IMG/VR virus record: IMGVR_UViG_3300028376_000003
Coordinates: 32,001-96,000 of that record
From: a virus
Reading direction: 5' to 3' (one strand)
Length of the DNA stretch: 64,000 bases
Positions 9,856 through 21,108 of this stretch are shown piece after piece. The translations under genes were made by a program, and so were the position numbers. Under the pieces are notes generated by a model. That model did no database searches, had not been told where the DNA came from, and saw only the letters and a list, made by a program, of their open reading frames with translations. The stretch's first letter is position 1, and every line of letters starts with the position of its first letter.

Positions 9856-11631
9856 CTAAATGTCTTTTTTAAATCTATACTTATCATAGCGATTAGTTAG
9901 TTCAATTAAGAATTTATTCCTAACAATATCTTCGTTTAAAAATTCGAATGGGAATAGGTTACTCATACCACTAATCATTTCCATAAAATCATTATATCCA
10001 GAATCTCTTTTCCTAACATCATACTGTGAAGTATCTCCCATCATAACTGCCTTAGAATCAGTTCCTAATCTAGTTACCCATAGCATAAGTTGTTTTATCG
10101 TAACATTCTGACACTCATCTAATAACATTATACAATTATCATATGTTGATCCTCTCATATATGCTAATGGTTCAAATATAATCTCATCATTTTCAAATAA
10201 TTCATCTGTTGTTTCTTTACCTATTATCTTGACGAATGTTGTATAATAAGATTGCTTATAAGGTTGTAGCTTCTCATCCTTATCACCAGGCAAAGCACCT
10301 AAGTTTTCACCACTCTCTTGTATGGGTTTAGTGATTATAATGGTCTCTATTTTCTTATCAGCTAGAAGTCCTAATGCTGCATAACAGGTGGTAAATGTAT
10401 TGTGTGTGACTATATAATCATTGGTTAGATATAGACTTGACTCGCTATCGACCTTTATACACTGTGCTTCTTTTTTGCCTATTAACTTAGCACCAACGAT
10501 GTGCCTACGTGGTATGTATTTAGTTTTAGGAACTACCAAATCCTTCTTTCTTTTAAGTTTAAAAGGATTTATATTTGGATTCATTTTTATTGAAATTGTA
10601 TAAGCCAATCTACCTGTTTTTAGTTCCCCATTGTATGTATATTTATTATAAACTGGTGTGTGGTAAGTCCCTGTACCACCTAGTGATTGAACTAATTCAA
10701 TAACATCAGCGGTTAACTTTTTAGATGTTGATGTAAATGATACATAAAATCCATCTTTACTCACTGTTCCATCAGTATCCATAAGACCTCTTAATAGTTC
10801 TATTCTATTGGTTATAGAGTTAAATTTATAGCAATTAGGTATAAATTTTTGATAACTTAATTTACCAAATAATCCTATCTTAATGAGATACTGCTTATAT
10901 CTATTCTTATATTCAGATATGTTTTTAGTAATACAATAATCAATATCATTTCTCTTAACTAAATTCATGCCATCATCAATAGAATTTTTTATAGTTTCTA
11001 TTATTTCTGAATCCACAGAAGTAAATCCTATACTTCCTCTTAGACAACCATCTCCAATTAAACATCCAATAACATATGGATCAATATCAATATCTATCTT
11101 GTTAAATTCTACTGGCTCAGTTATAGGTATAGTGTGGTTTATTCTATTTCTCTTTGTATATAATGTCTCCACAATTTCAGTTGTCGTTTTTACAGTACCA
11201 TCTAACGGTGATTTATACCTTTTCCTTATACCATTTGTTGTTTTTGTCCACTTCCTATAGCTTCTATCTTTTTCAGTTTGGGTTAACCATAAATGATCTC
11301 CACAACATTCAGTTTTAGTTCCATCAGAAAATGATATTTCCCATATTTCCTTTTTACCTTGTGGGAATATACCAATAACTCTAGTAGGTTTCCCATCCTT
11401 AGAAATAACATTATCATTTAATTTTAAATCTCCCATTCTAGACCACCCATTTGGTGTTAGTACAGGAGTTTCCATAGGTTGTGCTTTACTAGTACCTGCT
11501 GGACCGTGTACTGTAGTAAGTATATTATTTCTAATACCTTTGTATAATTTGTCTTGTTTAATACTTAACTCTACACCACTTTTAGTAAACTGTTGTTTGT
11601 TTAATGAATTCTTTTTTTTAGATTTTCCCAT
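9856..11631 (-). CDS. phoH: PhoH-like ATPase interrupted by an intein
   Basis: GPAGTSK|T P-loop, LGALPGD, LAYMRGST, LDECQN, TRLG, GDTSQ, DIVR motifs. Confidence 0.92.
   Translation of the reverse strand: MGKSKKKNSLNKQQFTKSGVELSIKQDKLYKGIRNNILTTVHGPAGTSKAQPMETPVLTPNGWSRMGDLKLNDNVISKDGKPTRVIGIFPQGKKEIWEISFSDGTKTECCGDHLWLTQTEKDRSYRKWTKTTNGIRKRYKSPLDGTVKTTTEIVETLYTKRNRINHTIPITEPVEFNKIDIDIDPYVIGCLIGDGCLRGSIGFTSVDSEIIETIKNSIDDGMNLVKRNDIDYCITKNISEYKNRYKQYLIKIGLFGKLSYQKFIPNCYKFNSITNRIELLRGLMDTDGTVSKDGFYVSFTSTSKKLTADVIELVQSLGGTGTYHTPVYNKYTYNGELKTGRLAYTISIKMNPNINPFKLKRKKDLVVPKTKYIPRRHIVGAKLIGKKEAQCIKVDSESSLYLTNDYIVTHNTFTTCYAALGLLADKKIETIIITKPIQESGENLGALPGDKDEKLQPYKQSYYTTFVKIIGKETTDELFENDEIIFEPLAYMRGSTYDNCIMLLDECQNVTIKQLMLWVTRLGTDSKAVMMGDTSQYDVRKRDSGYNDFMEMISGMSNLFPFEFLNEDIVRNKFLIELTNRYDKYRFKKDI
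10399..11484 (-). mobile_element. class-3 (Ala-start) intein with LAGLIDADG homing endonuclease, 362 aa
   Basis: Starts AQPMETPVLTPNGW; block B DHLW, block F AQCIKVD, ends VTHN/T; LIGDG and GLMDTDG motifs. Confidence 0.88.
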
Positions 11632-11731
11632 TCACCTTTTATTTTTATATATTAAAAATGTTACTCATCACTAACCTAGAACTAACTCTATTTAATATAT
11701 AATAACAATAAAAGTACTATAAATTCTATAA

Positions 11732-11956
11732 ATGGAAACAACAGAACAAATAGAAGATTTAATTTATGATTTGGTTTTCTCTAGAAATCAAGAATATAAA
11801 ATTGATGTGTCCGAATATATTTATGATATATACGAATATGATATTTTTATAAAAAGTATCAAAGAAATATTAAAAAAATCTAAAGTTTCTATTATAAATA
11901 GTAATATCAACCTTAATAGCAAAACAGTTATATGGGAATTAAAAGTTAAAAGATAA
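11732..11956 (+). CDS. hypothetical protein
   Basis: ORF after TAATATATA (11693-11701). Confidence 0.65.
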   Translation: METTEQIEDLIYDLVFSRNQEYKIDVSEYIYDIYEYDIFIKSIKEILKKSKVSIINSNINLNSKTVIWELKVKR

Positions 11957-11957
11957 T

Positions 11958-14900
11958 ATGTGGGAATATAACAAAATAGAAGATAAATGGTTTAGTAAGA
12001 AAGATACTTTAATTCATGACAATTATGAATTTTTAAAACAAGAACAAGAAAGTGTTAGGTTTTATTCAAATTGTCTAAGTGGTGCTACTTATATACCATT
12101 TAATGATGAAGATAATATATATGATATACTATCAAATAGAAGATATAAGACATGGTATATTGATCCAAGTGTTTCTGATTATGTTAGCACATTAGTACCA
12201 CCTAGGTATCCCATGCCTATAAATAGGGATACTGCATATGAATTTTATACAAAGAATTTATCAGAATATGGACTTACTCTAAAAAACCTTTTCACACCAG
12301 AGAAAATAATAGGAGAATCTTTTAATAGCTTCATATATGTTGACTTGGCAACAACAGATGATATACTAGACTTAAGTGCAAATCTTGGAGATACTAAAAT
12401 AGATGGTGTTAGAGTTTTAGAAGGACATAGAGTACTTGTAAAAGACCAAAAGAAAACTATTATATTACAAATAACAACAAATCCAGATGATTTCTTCGAA
12501 GGAAATTATACTGTAGTAGATACATTGGGTACTAATACTACTTATGAGTATTTTGATGAAAGGAATGGTATATATTTGGTAAAAAATGATAGGCTTGTTA
12601 AAGAAGATGATTTAGACGATTATCAGAAGTGTATTAGATATAGTGTAAGTGTTAAATTAGGTTTAGTGAATAAAGATAAACAGTTTCATCTGTCTAGGTT
12701 ATCTAATGGATATTATCCAACAACTAGATTTAATGAGCCTATTGAATTTGTTCAAAAAGAAAATAAACTACTTAGAAATCAATTAGATTATAATAACATA
12801 GCCGATTTAAATTATTACGACCTTTTAAAACACGGAACACAATCGTATGAGTTTAACGAAACCAATTACTCAATACCAGAGAGGATAATATCTGTTGGAG
12901 AATTTGGATCTATTATAAATAATCAAGACGGTAGAAGCAATATAATAAGAAATAAGTTTAAAGTAGATTTGAAAAGTATATCACAGACTACATTATATTA
13001 TTGGATAGTGGGTAATAAGGGTAATCTATTAAGAACTAGGAAACACGATTTTGAAGTAGATAAAATAGAGTTAATAAAATCTAATACACAAGTCGTGAGT
13101 AATTTAAATTCTATATCATTCTTTAATGATCTTAATGGTGTTTTGGTTGGTGATAATAATACAATATTTATAACATCTAATGGTGGCAAGGATTGGATAC
13201 CATTTGATGTTAAGGCTTTTCAATCATTTAATTTTAACAAAGTTATCTTTTATAATACAAATAAGATATTTATAGGTGGGGATAATGGCGTGTTTTTAGA
13301 GATTAAGAACGATGGTGATAAATGGACGGCATTCAAGAGGAGGATATCCAAATTTTTAGATGAAGATGATGAGTTTTTATTAGTTGATAATATAAATGAT
13401 ATAATCATAACAACCGTTGATAATTGGAATCCATTTTATACATCGTTCAATGCTTCTGAGTCTAATATAACTATAACTGATAGTCCGAAGGAACTAGTTA
13501 TAATAGTTACCAATGATAGTAATATAATATTTTATGATATAAATGAATCTATACCACTTGATACTGATTTTTTATTTATGGAGTTTAAGGACAAAAACTA
13601 CGGGGATATAGTAAATATTGAGAGAAAGGAAGGTACTAATACTTTTTATTTTGTTGGTTTTAATCAAGAAACAGATAGTAATGGTATATTTTCATTCAGT
13701 TTAGATGATTTCAATTCTATAGGAGTTGGAACACGCTTTGATAATAGGTCTATAACTGCAACTAATGCTAACTTTGTTTCTGAACTATATCCAAATAAGT
13801 TATTTGACTTTGGGGGTAACGAAATAGTTATATGTGGTAATAATTCTTTACTTAGTAGTTCTGATTATAATACCTTAGTATTTGAGGATATAGATGATAC
13901 ATTCTTGAACAAGTTAAAGTCAAAGATGTTATTCCTAGATTATGATATTGCTAGTAAATTAAACTTTTTCACAGACGATGGTGAATACAGACTACCAGAA
14001 TCTATAGAAATAAGCTATGATTCTATCAGTGGTAGTATAGAGTTTTCGTCCTTTGAAAATGAGACTAACTGGATAGATTATTGGAAAGATAGTACATCAA
14101 CATTCGAACACTATACTAACTCACCAATGACAGACACAACCAAAGTGGAATTTTCGTCTAAATTTACTAAAACAGAAGAAAATGTACAAAGGTTTATAAA
14201 AGGGATTTCTACATCAGATGATGATTTATTAAAATTATCACCAAGTCTATACAATGATAAATTTAGTAGATTTAGTTCAATTTCACAACCACAAGTGTCT
14301 AGACCACTTGATTCTGCTATAAACATATATCTTGGTAGTTATTTAATGGTTATAAAATATAGTAATTTAAGTGATATACCAAGTAAGGGCGATATCATAA
14401 ATGTAGAAACAAATTTTCTAAATGAAAACTTTATGGTTAATAAAACTGTTGTGTTTTTAGATAATACATTTGTATATCTATATACAGAGTTTAACCAATC
14501 TATTATTAATATGTTTAAAAATTCAGAGATTAAAATAACTAATTTAAACAGATTTAATTCTAGAGATTCACTTGTATCTAATTTTAAAAAACATCCATTA
14601 TATAAGGGATATGATATAATACTTAACAATAATGGTGTAATAAATTTTAGACCTAAATTCAATAACATAACATCATATTATAATATGACTACATCACTTA
14701 ATCTTAATGATGGTGAGGAAACATTTACAATGGAATATAAAAATTCATTTTTGAAATTTGGTTACACACCAACTTATAATTTATTAGACTATTTAGAGTC
14801 TATTAATGATATAAATACAGTAAATCCTAGATTCTTCCCAACAAAGGAATATTACTCTATGCCCGTTTATAGTAACATACCAGTCTCTGCAAATGATATA

Positions 14901-17060
14901 AATTCTATTTATATTGACTATAATATAAAGAAGAATAATAAATTAGTTTTTGGCTCTAATTTAGAATTTGAATGGAAGAGTATTTTTTTAAATACCTTTG
15001 TTAATATAAATTTATACCAAGACGAAGATTTATCTTCAAATGAACAGATGTTGGTTTTTGATAAATATTATGAACAAAGCACGGATACGTATATTATAGA
15101 GTTCCACAAAGAATTTATTTACCCAAATGAAAACCAAGTTAATCCACTAACCTCAATTGATATAGAGTCAAGAAGATCACTAGAGGTTATAAGTAGTGAT
15201 TTACAGTTATTGAATAATATACAAAGGTCATATTCTACTAAGAAGTATAAATCTGGGACTTTTGATTCTGGTCAGATTTGGGATGTAGAATATGAAAATC
15301 TAAATAAAAAATTAAATTTCAAAGTAAATACTGATTCCTATGCTAAAATATTATTATCAGACTTTACGACTAATAATTCTATAAGTGGTATAGTCTATAC
15401 TGATTTTAAAAATGAATTAGCACTCAATATAACTAGATTAGAGGAAAGAGTAACTGTTCCAATATTGAATACAAGTGAGTTTCAGAATAAATTATATGTT
15501 TCTTGTTCACAAAAGCACGAACTTTCAAATGGGGATGGTGTTATATTAGATTTTAATGGTGGTGATGGATCATCAGAAGAACTTAATCCTCAGTATTTTG
15601 GATATAGAGTTGTTAATGTAATAAACGAATTTGACTTAGTCACTGATATAAATTATGGAAATAGGCCTTTAATTGGAACAGATACTGGGACTGTTAGATA
15701 TATTAGGAAAGATCCCTTTTTAAATTATCAACCAACAGACCTTATAGATGTTGGTGTTGATAAACTAGGTAAGGTGTCTATAGAATTGAATCCACAGAAC
15801 ACCACACTAGTTGGTAGTTTATATTCTCTATCAAACGTAGATTATAATAGATTCAGATTTAGATTAGTTGATGGTCTTGATGTTGAGACTTTAGCAAGAA
15901 ACTATTCATGGATTTATGAGAGTGAGATAAGCGATGCTGTTATTGGTCTTGATAATAATGGTCTAGTATGGTATAAAGGAAGATGGGAATGTGGTAGATG
16001 GTTTGGTGGTACGTGGATAAGTGGTACTTGGTTATCTGGAGATTGGTTTGATGGTATATGGAAGTCAAAAAATATAAAGGATAATTTTATAAATGTAACC
16101 ATTGATGCAAACTCTGATAACAATATTAGTTCGGTATGGAATACTGGTAGATGGTTTGGTGGTACTTGGGAAAATGGTACTTGGAATACTGGTAGATGGT
16201 ATGATGGAAAGTGGATAAACGGACAATGGTTTGACGGTCTCTGGAATGGTGGTACTTGGGAAAATGGTATATTTACAAGTGGTATATGGATAGATGGTAC
16301 TTGGAATAATGGAAGGTTTAGCACAGATAACGGACCAGCTTATTGGTTAGGTGGTACTTGGAATGGTGGAGATTTTGATAATGGAATTTGGTTTAATGGT
16401 GTTTTTGATGAAAAAAACGGTGTTGAGTCAAGATTTGGTGTTAAATCATATAATAGTAGAGCCTCTATTTGGAAGTCTGGTAAATTTATCAATGGAACCT
16501 TTCATTCTAGATTAAATATTGACACTAATGGTAATTATGATGTATCAGAAGTACATAAATACTCTATATGGGAGACAGGAACTTGGTTTAGTGGGGGATT
16601 TTATGGTGGCGTTGCTTATAATATAGACTTTAGGTCTGGTGTGTGGTATGGTGGAATTGTAGAGGATATTAACATTGTTGGTATTAATATAGAAAATAAC
16701 TACATAACTATTGATAAGCCTTATAGTTATAATATAGGGGATCAAATAACTATTATTGCAGATAAAACATCATCTTTTAGTAGTATATCTAGAAAAATTG
16801 ATATATATAATCTAGGAACTAATGAAGAGCCTGGTATATATTCTGTTGTAAATACTATTCAAAATGAAAATACCAGTGATATATATCTTGATATAAATAT
16901 ACAAGACACTGTAAATGAACAAAACTTAGATTTTAGGTCGGTTAGTAGGTTTAGGAATGCAGATTGGAGAAGTGGTCTTTGGTTTAATGGATTATTTGAG
17001 AACGGTATATGGAAAGGTGGTGTGTGGTATGATGGTGTATTTAGTGCAGACTGGTCATAA
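11958..17060 (+). CDS. giant putative virion protein (YCF48-like propeller segment, G-x-W-x-x pentapeptide repeats)
   Basis: IDGVRVLEGHRVLVKDQ motif; VGDNNTIFITSNGGKDW propeller-type blades; long C-terminal GTWEN/GRWFG repeats. Confidence 0.7.
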   Translation: MWEYNKIEDKWFSKKDTLIHDNYEFLKQEQESVRFYSNCLSGATYIPFNDEDNIYDILSNRRYKTWYIDPSVSDYVSTLVPPRYPMPINRDTAYEFYTKNLSEYGLTLKNLFTPEKIIGESFNSFIYVDLATTDDILDLSANLGDTKIDGVRVLEGHRVLVKDQKKTIILQITTNPDDFFEGNYTVVDTLGTNTTYEYFDERNGIYLVKNDRLVKEDDLDDYQKCIRYSVSVKLGLVNKDKQFHLSRLSNGYYPTTRFNEPIEFVQKENKLLRNQLDYNNIADLNYYDLLKHGTQSYEFNETNYSIPERIISVGEFGSIINNQDGRSNIIRNKFKVDLKSISQTTLYYWIVGNKGNLLRTRKHDFEVDKIELIKSNTQVVSNLNSISFFNDLNGVLVGDNNTIFITSNGGKDWIPFDVKAFQSFNFNKVIFYNTNKIFIGGDNGVFLEIKNDGDKWTAFKRRISKFLDEDDEFLLVDNINDIIITTVDNWNPFYTSFNASESNITITDSPKELVIIVTNDSNIIFYDINESIPLDTDFLFMEFKDKNYGDIVNIERKEGTNTFYFVGFNQETDSNGIFSFSLDDFNSIGVGTRFDNRSITATNANFVSELYPNKLFDFGGNEIVICGNNSLLSSSDYNTLVFEDIDDTFLNKLKSKMLFLDYDIASKLNFFTDDGEYRLPESIEISYDSISGSIEFSSFENETNWIDYWKDSTSTFEHYTNSPMTDTTKVEFSSKFTKTEENVQRFIKGISTSDDDLLKLSPSLYNDKFSRFSSISQPQVSRPLDSAINIYLGSYLMVIKYSNLSDIPSKGDIINVETNFLNENFMVNKTVVFLDNTFVYLYTEFNQSIINMFKNSEIKITNLNRFNSRDSLVSNFKKHPLYKGYDIILNNNGVINFRPKFNNITSYYNMTTSLNLNDGEETFTMEYKNSFLKFGYTPTYNLLDYLESINDINTVNPRFFPTKEYYSMPVYSNIPVSANDINSIYIDYNIKKNNKLVFGSNLEFEWKSIFLNTFVNINLYQDEDLSSNEQMLVFDKYYEQSTDTYIIEFHKEFIYPNENQVNPLTSIDIESRRSLEVISSDLQLLNNIQRSYSTKKYKSGTFDSGQIWDVEYENLNKKLNFKVNTDSYAKILLSDFTTNNSISGIVYTDFKNELALNITRLEERVTVPILNTSEFQNKLYVSCSQKHELSNGDGVILDFNGGDGSSEELNPQYFGYRVVNVINEFDLVTDINYGNRPLIGTDTGTVRYIRKDPFLNYQPTDLIDVGVDKLGKVSIELNPQNTTLVGSLYSLSNVDYNRFRFRLVDGLDVETLARNYSWIYESEISDAVIGLDNNGLVWYKGRWECGRWFGGTWISGTWLSGDWFDGIWKSKNIKDNFINVTIDANSDNNISSVWNTGRWFGGTWENGTWNTGRWYDGKWINGQWFDGLWNGGTWENGIFTSGIWIDGTWNNGRFSTDNGPAYWLGGTWNGGDFDNGIWFNGVFDEKNGVESRFGVKSYNSRASIWKSGKFINGTFHSRLNIDTNGNYDVSEVHKYSIWETGTWFSGGFYGGVAYNIDFRSGVWYGGIVEDINIVGINIENNYITIDKPYSYNIGDQITIIADKTSSFSSISRKIDIYNLGTNEEPGIYSVVNTIQNENTSDIYLDINIQDTVNEQNLDFRSVSRFRNADWRSGLWFNGLFENGIWKGGVWYDGVFSADWS

Positions 17061-17088
17061 ACTAATTTTAAAAAATAATATATAGTAT

Positions 17089-17460
17089 ATGATAAAAAAA
17101 TGGACAGACTACATAAAGGAAGACATCAAACCAGACTTTGTTGCTGAAGATGATAAGTATTTAGAATTGATTGATAAAATAAAGGATATGATAGAGATAA
17201 CTGTTGAAAACAATGGTGGTGAGTATAGTACTTTTGTAGATTCGTACAATAAATCTCCCGAAGATTTTCAAATAGAAGGACTTATTAATGATTCTGATAT
17301 ATATGATTTTTATTTAATGTATAGAAATGATATAGATGAGGTTCTTAATGATATAAAATACTTTGATGAGATACCTACTGAAAATAACTCTTTCGGGTTG
17401 TATGAATATACATTAAATGGAACTAAAAGGACGATAACGGAAATAATTAAAATGTTGTAA
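17089..17460 (+). CDS. hypothetical protein, possible internal head protein
   Basis: MIKKWTDYIKE N-terminus; TAATATATA at 17076-17084. Confidence 0.65.
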   Translation: MIKKWTDYIKEDIKPDFVAEDDKYLELIDKIKDMIEITVENNGGEYSTFVDSYNKSPEDFQIEGLINDSDIYDFYLMYRNDIDEVLNDIKYFDEIPTENNSFGLYEYTLNGTKRTITEIIKML

Positions 17461-17559
17461 GTGAATATTTTTATGAGCAGTGTCGTAAGTATGTAAAGTT
17501 TTGTGAGTAAAGAGGTACTAAAGAAATATATATACATTATAAAAACACAATTTAACTAA

Positions 17560-20244
17560 ATGGCTAAAACACCTCTTTATAAATCATTAAAACAAAATGG
17601 TACAACATTTTATGCTTTTCCTGGAGCAGCAGAAGACATAAGTGCTGCATACCAAAACAGTAATTATAAAATGTACTTTTCTAAGTATACTTTGCTTAAT
17701 CTACCAAAACAAGATACTACATCCACATCTAGTCCTAATTATTTTGACTTTGATGTGTTTTCAAAATCCACTGGTGCTAACCCACCTGCCACATATGGTG
17801 AGTCAATTGTTGAATCTCTAAGAAATTATGTTGCTAATCAAGAGGTAACTATAAGAGAGTCAAGACTCAATAATACAGAATACTATTATAATAATGAATC
17901 ATTGGAGACTACCTCTGAAAAGATATTCTGGAAATGGTGTAAAAAATTGAATATACTACAATTAGAACCAGCCTTACCAAGTGATGAATATTTTAGTAAT
18001 TTAACAGAATTTGAATCTAGGGATATAAATAATGATGAATACTTTCCAGAGTATTTGTGGAAAGAAAGAGAAATAATAGATTGGGACACAGTCACATATA
18101 GACAAACAGAAGATACAGATTTTAACTTACCACCAAGGTTAGAAATACAATTTAATGGTACGACTAATTTAATAGAAGGTGATGTTATAAACATATACAA
18201 TGTGTCTAATTCTGAAATACTAAATGAAGTAAGCCTATCTGATGCTGACACAGAGCAAGGTGTTAATACAAAAATATTAAAAAGTTTTCCTAGCACTGGT
18301 ACTGTTGGACAAAGAATAATTGTTGATTTAGAGTCTACTTTAAGTGATACATTAGAAACTACTGGTCAAGCTAGATTAGTTTATAATAGGCTTGTTCAAT
18401 ATGTTGGAGAAATAAATGGAGTATCCAATGTACAAGAAGCTAATAGGTCTTATACAGAGGTTTATGCTCATATACCAGACCACACAGGAAAGACTCCCGA
18501 TGTTTTATTCAGAACTCTATCTGATGAGAATTATAAACCAAATGTAACTTTTCCAATAATACCTAATCAGTACCAACCAGAGATAAGAGGTGCCGAACTT
18601 TTCAACTCACCAATAGTAAGTTCTAACCAAAACTACCCAGGTGGATATTTTGGACAATTTGATACACTAGATTTTACATACAGAACATCAAATGGTGATT
18701 CTCTAAGAAGGAATGGAGATTACTATGGTGTTAAGGGTGATATAAATAATCCAGTTATTGATAATACTAAAATTGACGGTGTTACTTTGGACTTTGACAC
18801 TAGTCATTATGTCAAAATGAATATACCCAACAGAACTGTTAGTAATTTTGATCAGTTTAATGCACTTAATGTTAATAACGAACCACCTAGAGATTTTGAA
18901 TTTAATGCAATTTTATGGTACTATTCAGTAGAGGATAATAATGGTAATACAACTACCAACTTATACGGTATATCATTTTTAGATAATCCTAGCAATAGCT
19001 TGAGTGGTGATAAGGATATTAAGTTCCCTGCTATTAAAAAATTAGTAGCTAATGGGGAGCAAGATGGTACATCATATGCATTTAACTTAAGTCTTAATTT
19101 TAATATAATAAATGATAACCCAACCGAAACTTATAATCCAGAAGCTATAAATTCTATGTTTAGTATGAATTTATTCAATAAAGCTATGCAATCCTTATCA
19201 TCTACTAATGATAGCTTCTTAAAGACAATTGCAGAACAATCTTTTGTTAGAGATGAACTAAATTCATTGAAAGGTCTTTTATATACACAGACTGATTTGA
19301 ATACTATAAATACAAAAATAAGTAGTTTAGAAAAGTTATTAAGTTTATATACTACGAACCAAATCGAAAACAGTAGTAGTATTGAGGTTGTTGAGATGCC
19401 TGGTAATCCCCCAACGTTTCAATTAATAAATGTTGATAATAAATACGATAAAGTAGACAATATATTATCTAGTGAATTATACACACAAGATGGTATAGTT
19501 TCAACAAGTTTATTAGTTCCTAGAAATAGAGACTTTCTTATAAATATTAAAAATGATGACAAAATACAACTAAACCTAGATAATAATGATAAACTTACTA
19601 TTATCTTAGATAAAGATTTATCACTTATGCAAACTTTAGATATTAATATTACAGGGACTGTAGAATCTACACAAAATAAAAAGCTAGATATATTTATGGT
19701 ATCAAATGCTGGATCTAATAATAATGAACAAACTGAGACACTTTTAATTGGGGGTATTAATTTACCAGTATATTATAATTCTAATACAGAACTTCCGAAT
19801 TCTTCTTATCTATGGGATGGATTTGATTTTAATATAGATTTTAGTAAACCCATAACACTTATATCAGATAACCTTATTCAACTATCATTAGAAGAAAATC
19901 CTATATTAGTGAAAAATTCTTTAAATACTGGTGATTCATTACTTCTTAATAATTTATTTTTTGGAGAGGAATCTATTTTTGATTACTCTGGTCAGTATAT
20001 TTTAAATTCAATATCTGGTAATGAAATAGTTATTGATATTAGTTCTAATAATGATTTAGTAAGTACTTATATAGGTCAATCACCATTTGTAATACATAAT
20101 CCAACTCACGTTCCACCTTCTACTTTATTGAGTAATAAACCTTATTTTTCACTAAATAAAGGTTCTAGTATAAAAGTTACTAGAGTCAGTAACTCAGATG
20201 AATTAAATGAAAGGTATCAAATTAGCATCAATAGATTAAATTAA
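17560..20244 (+). CDS. large putative structural protein
   Basis: 894-aa ORF, beta-rich, short coiled coil, late-type box upstream. Confidence 0.6.
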   Translation: MAKTPLYKSLKQNGTTFYAFPGAAEDISAAYQNSNYKMYFSKYTLLNLPKQDTTSTSSPNYFDFDVFSKSTGANPPATYGESIVESLRNYVANQEVTIRESRLNNTEYYYNNESLETTSEKIFWKWCKKLNILQLEPALPSDEYFSNLTEFESRDINNDEYFPEYLWKEREIIDWDTVTYRQTEDTDFNLPPRLEIQFNGTTNLIEGDVINIYNVSNSEILNEVSLSDADTEQGVNTKILKSFPSTGTVGQRIIVDLESTLSDTLETTGQARLVYNRLVQYVGEINGVSNVQEANRSYTEVYAHIPDHTGKTPDVLFRTLSDENYKPNVTFPIIPNQYQPEIRGAELFNSPIVSSNQNYPGGYFGQFDTLDFTYRTSNGDSLRRNGDYYGVKGDINNPVIDNTKIDGVTLDFDTSHYVKMNIPNRTVSNFDQFNALNVNNEPPRDFEFNAILWYYSVEDNNGNTTTNLYGISFLDNPSNSLSGDKDIKFPAIKKLVANGEQDGTSYAFNLSLNFNIINDNPTETYNPEAINSMFSMNLFNKAMQSLSSTNDSFLKTIAEQSFVRDELNSLKGLLYTQTDLNTINTKISSLEKLLSLYTTNQIENSSSIEVVEMPGNPPTFQLINVDNKYDKVDNILSSELYTQDGIVSTSLLVPRNRDFLINIKNDDKIQLNLDNNDKLTIILDKDLSLMQTLDINITGTVESTQNKKLDIFMVSNAGSNNNEQTETLLIGGINLPVYYNSNTELPNSSYLWDGFDFNIDFSKPITLISDNLIQLSLEENPILVKNSLNTGDSLLLNNLFFGEESIFDYSGQYILNSISGNEIVIDISSNNDLVSTYIGQSPFVIHNPTHVPPSTLLSNKPYFSLNKGSSIKVTRVSNSDELNERYQISINRLN

Positions 20245-20283
20245 GTTTCTGATTTTAATATATAAATAAACAAAAGTGATATT

Positions 20284-21108
20284 ATGAGTGTATGTGGAAA
20301 TTCTTTATTTGATAATGGCTTTAATTATATAAAGCTTAATAAAAGCGACTTTGTTGCTGTTGAAGAATCTAATACTATGGAACGCCTTATGTTATCTGGG
20401 TTAAGAATACCATATACACAAATATTGAAAGGTAAAATAATACTGAAAAAAGGAGAACAGAATTATTTACTCAATCATTTAGGATTGGGTGATAATGTTA
20501 CATTTTTAGCTATGAAAGTTATCTATGACTTCAAATCTGTAATAAAAGAAGATAACTACTTAACATGGAGTCCTTACGATAATTTGGAATATGAAGGTGT
20601 TGTTTCAGAGATGATGGTACTTACTGGTAATACAACTAAACGTATACCACAATTATTTATATCAAATCCAAATGAAAAATATAGTGTTAGGTTAGAAGTT
20701 ATGTTAGCCATTATTGATGATGAATCTTCTTTCTTTGATTATAGACCAGTTGTGTATTTCACAAATATAGTAGATGTTATAAACATGGAATATATAGATG
20801 CTAATAGTCCAGATGTTGTAAAACCTTATAATACAGCTGTTGCTGATGAATTCCAATATATTGACTCTTTTATTAGTGATGTCACTAAAGGAACATTAGT
20901 TAGTAATATTGTGAATGATGTTAGAGATTCTAATAACAATTCCTTTATCTACACAGATGATAATTTTATTCTTAAAAATAACATTGGAGAAGAAATAGAT
21001 ACAATAGATTCTGCTGGTGAATATTACCTTACATTTAATATTACTGATAGTCTAGGAAATTCTTTAAAACCAGTAAAGAGTGTAAAAATAACTTTTACTG
21101 ATGATTAA
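20284..21108 (+). CDS. putative structural protein with C-terminal Ig-like domain
   Basis: C-terminal GEYYLTFNITDSLGN typical of Ig-like strands; TAATATATA at 20256. Confidence 0.55.
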   Translation: MSVCGNSLFDNGFNYIKLNKSDFVAVEESNTMERLMLSGLRIPYTQILKGKIILKKGEQNYLLNHLGLGDNVTFLAMKVIYDFKSVIKEDNYLTWSPYDNLEYEGVVSEMMVLTGNTTKRIPQLFISNPNEKYSVRLEVMLAIIDDESSFFDYRPVVYFTNIVDVINMEYIDANSPDVVKPYNTAVADEFQYIDSFISDVTKGTLVSNIVNDVRDSNNNSFIYTDDNFILKNNIGEEIDTIDSAGEYYLTFNITDSLGNSLKPVKSVKITFTDD

